DNA of 60,073 bases, counting the filler, from Sphacelaria rigidula (taxonomy: Eukaryota), in the NCBI GenBank assembly GCA_964200075.2. It is 6 parts of 6 records of this genome, joined end to end, with 100 filler letters (N's around TTAATTAATTAA, not from the genome) between each part and the next. Parts side by side here need not be neighbours in the genome. Positions count along the whole stretch, not along the records: positions 50,146 to 60,073 come from CAXNAA020007474.1; 5 more parts are not named here. One strand, written 5' to 3'. Under the pieces are notes generated by a model. It had not been told where the DNA came from and searched no databases. It saw only the letters and a program-made list of their open reading frames with translations. Position numbers and translations under genes: made by a program. Shown here piece by piece: positions 59,311 through 60,073 of the stretch (position 1 is its first letter; each line of letters starts with the position of its first letter).

Positions 59311-60073
59311 TTGTCCACGGTCGAGAAATGCACAAGCAAATTTTACGTACAGAAGTGCAATGATTTTGAGCCATGCTACGATAGGGGGGGGGGGGGGTAT
59401 TTGCTTCCACGAAAAACGGGGCTCACAGGTGTGTCAGACGACCCAACACACTCGCAGTGCACTTGTATTTTGGTAAAAACGGAGTCAATCGGTATGAGTG
59501 AGCGTTATCTATCGGTCACAAGCGCTTGAACAACCGTTGCTGCTTTCAACGAAGATTTGGAGTGGAATTTCGTGGAAGAAATGGCCCAGAATGCTTCCCC
59601 CCTCTCTATCGTAGCATGACTCTTGTTGTATCCGGGCCAAGTGCGAGCAGTCACTAGAATAGGGCGAGACTTCCGGTATCTATATATATATATATATGTA
59701 TATGTGTTTGTTTTTTCACGCAAGACTGAAGTAGGGTATACTATACATACCGTAATTGAGCGAGGTGTTTTTCTGACCTAGTACAGCTGAGCTGATATTT
59801 TTCTCCTTGTGGGTGTTTTATGGCTATCGGCGCGCAGTACAGGGCTTGACCGTGTTTTTGCCAGGTGTGTATTGTGGGCTTTGAGATTTATCGGCATGAA
59901 GTGAATTCGACATGGAAGCGGTCTAGGAGTGCAATCGGTTCCATGTACGTTCGGAGTGTATACGGTCCGCCGGCGCAAAAAACAAGTCGGCAATCCCCCC
60001 CCCCCCCAATTGCCTGGTCCGGCGAGAACCCGGCGTGCCCCCCCCCGGCTTGTTAGGGGGGCGGGGGCCAGAG

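Overview
Eukaryotic, intron-rich and repeat-rich genomic DNA, most consistent with a brown alga or related stramenopile (inferred from splice signals, long repeat-filled introns and an algal/cyanobacterial-type GST; not proven). The window is not one locus. It is six contigs of 9,928-9,930 bp (1-9930, 10031-19959, 20060-29988, 30089-40017, 40118-50045, 50146-60073) joined by an artificial 100-bp linker (44N-TTAATTAATTAA-44N), so nothing should be inferred across the joins. Contig 1: eight in-phase exons of a glutathione S-transferase-family gene, with a probable GC-AG intron and an 8-bp-TSD transposon in its long intron. Contig 2: a decayed ORF, an LTR-like element bounded by ~355-bp direct repeats, and a Pro/Thr-rich, C2-like, (PGNGGNG/PGNSGDA)n repeat protein. 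Contig 3: a fossil intron-containing pogo/Tc5 transposase and a 1.95-kb terminal exon of an unknown coiled-coil/membrane protein. Contig 4: eight exons from the N-terminal region of a USP9X/USP24/USP34-like deubiquitinase. Contigs 5-6: mostly MITEs, foldback palindromes and SINE-like repeats, a possible BED-finger transposase relic, and a few exons of unknown genes. I found no CRISPR array, rRNA, intact tRNA or convincing multi-gene novel system. All homology calls come from motif recognition by eye, without database searches.
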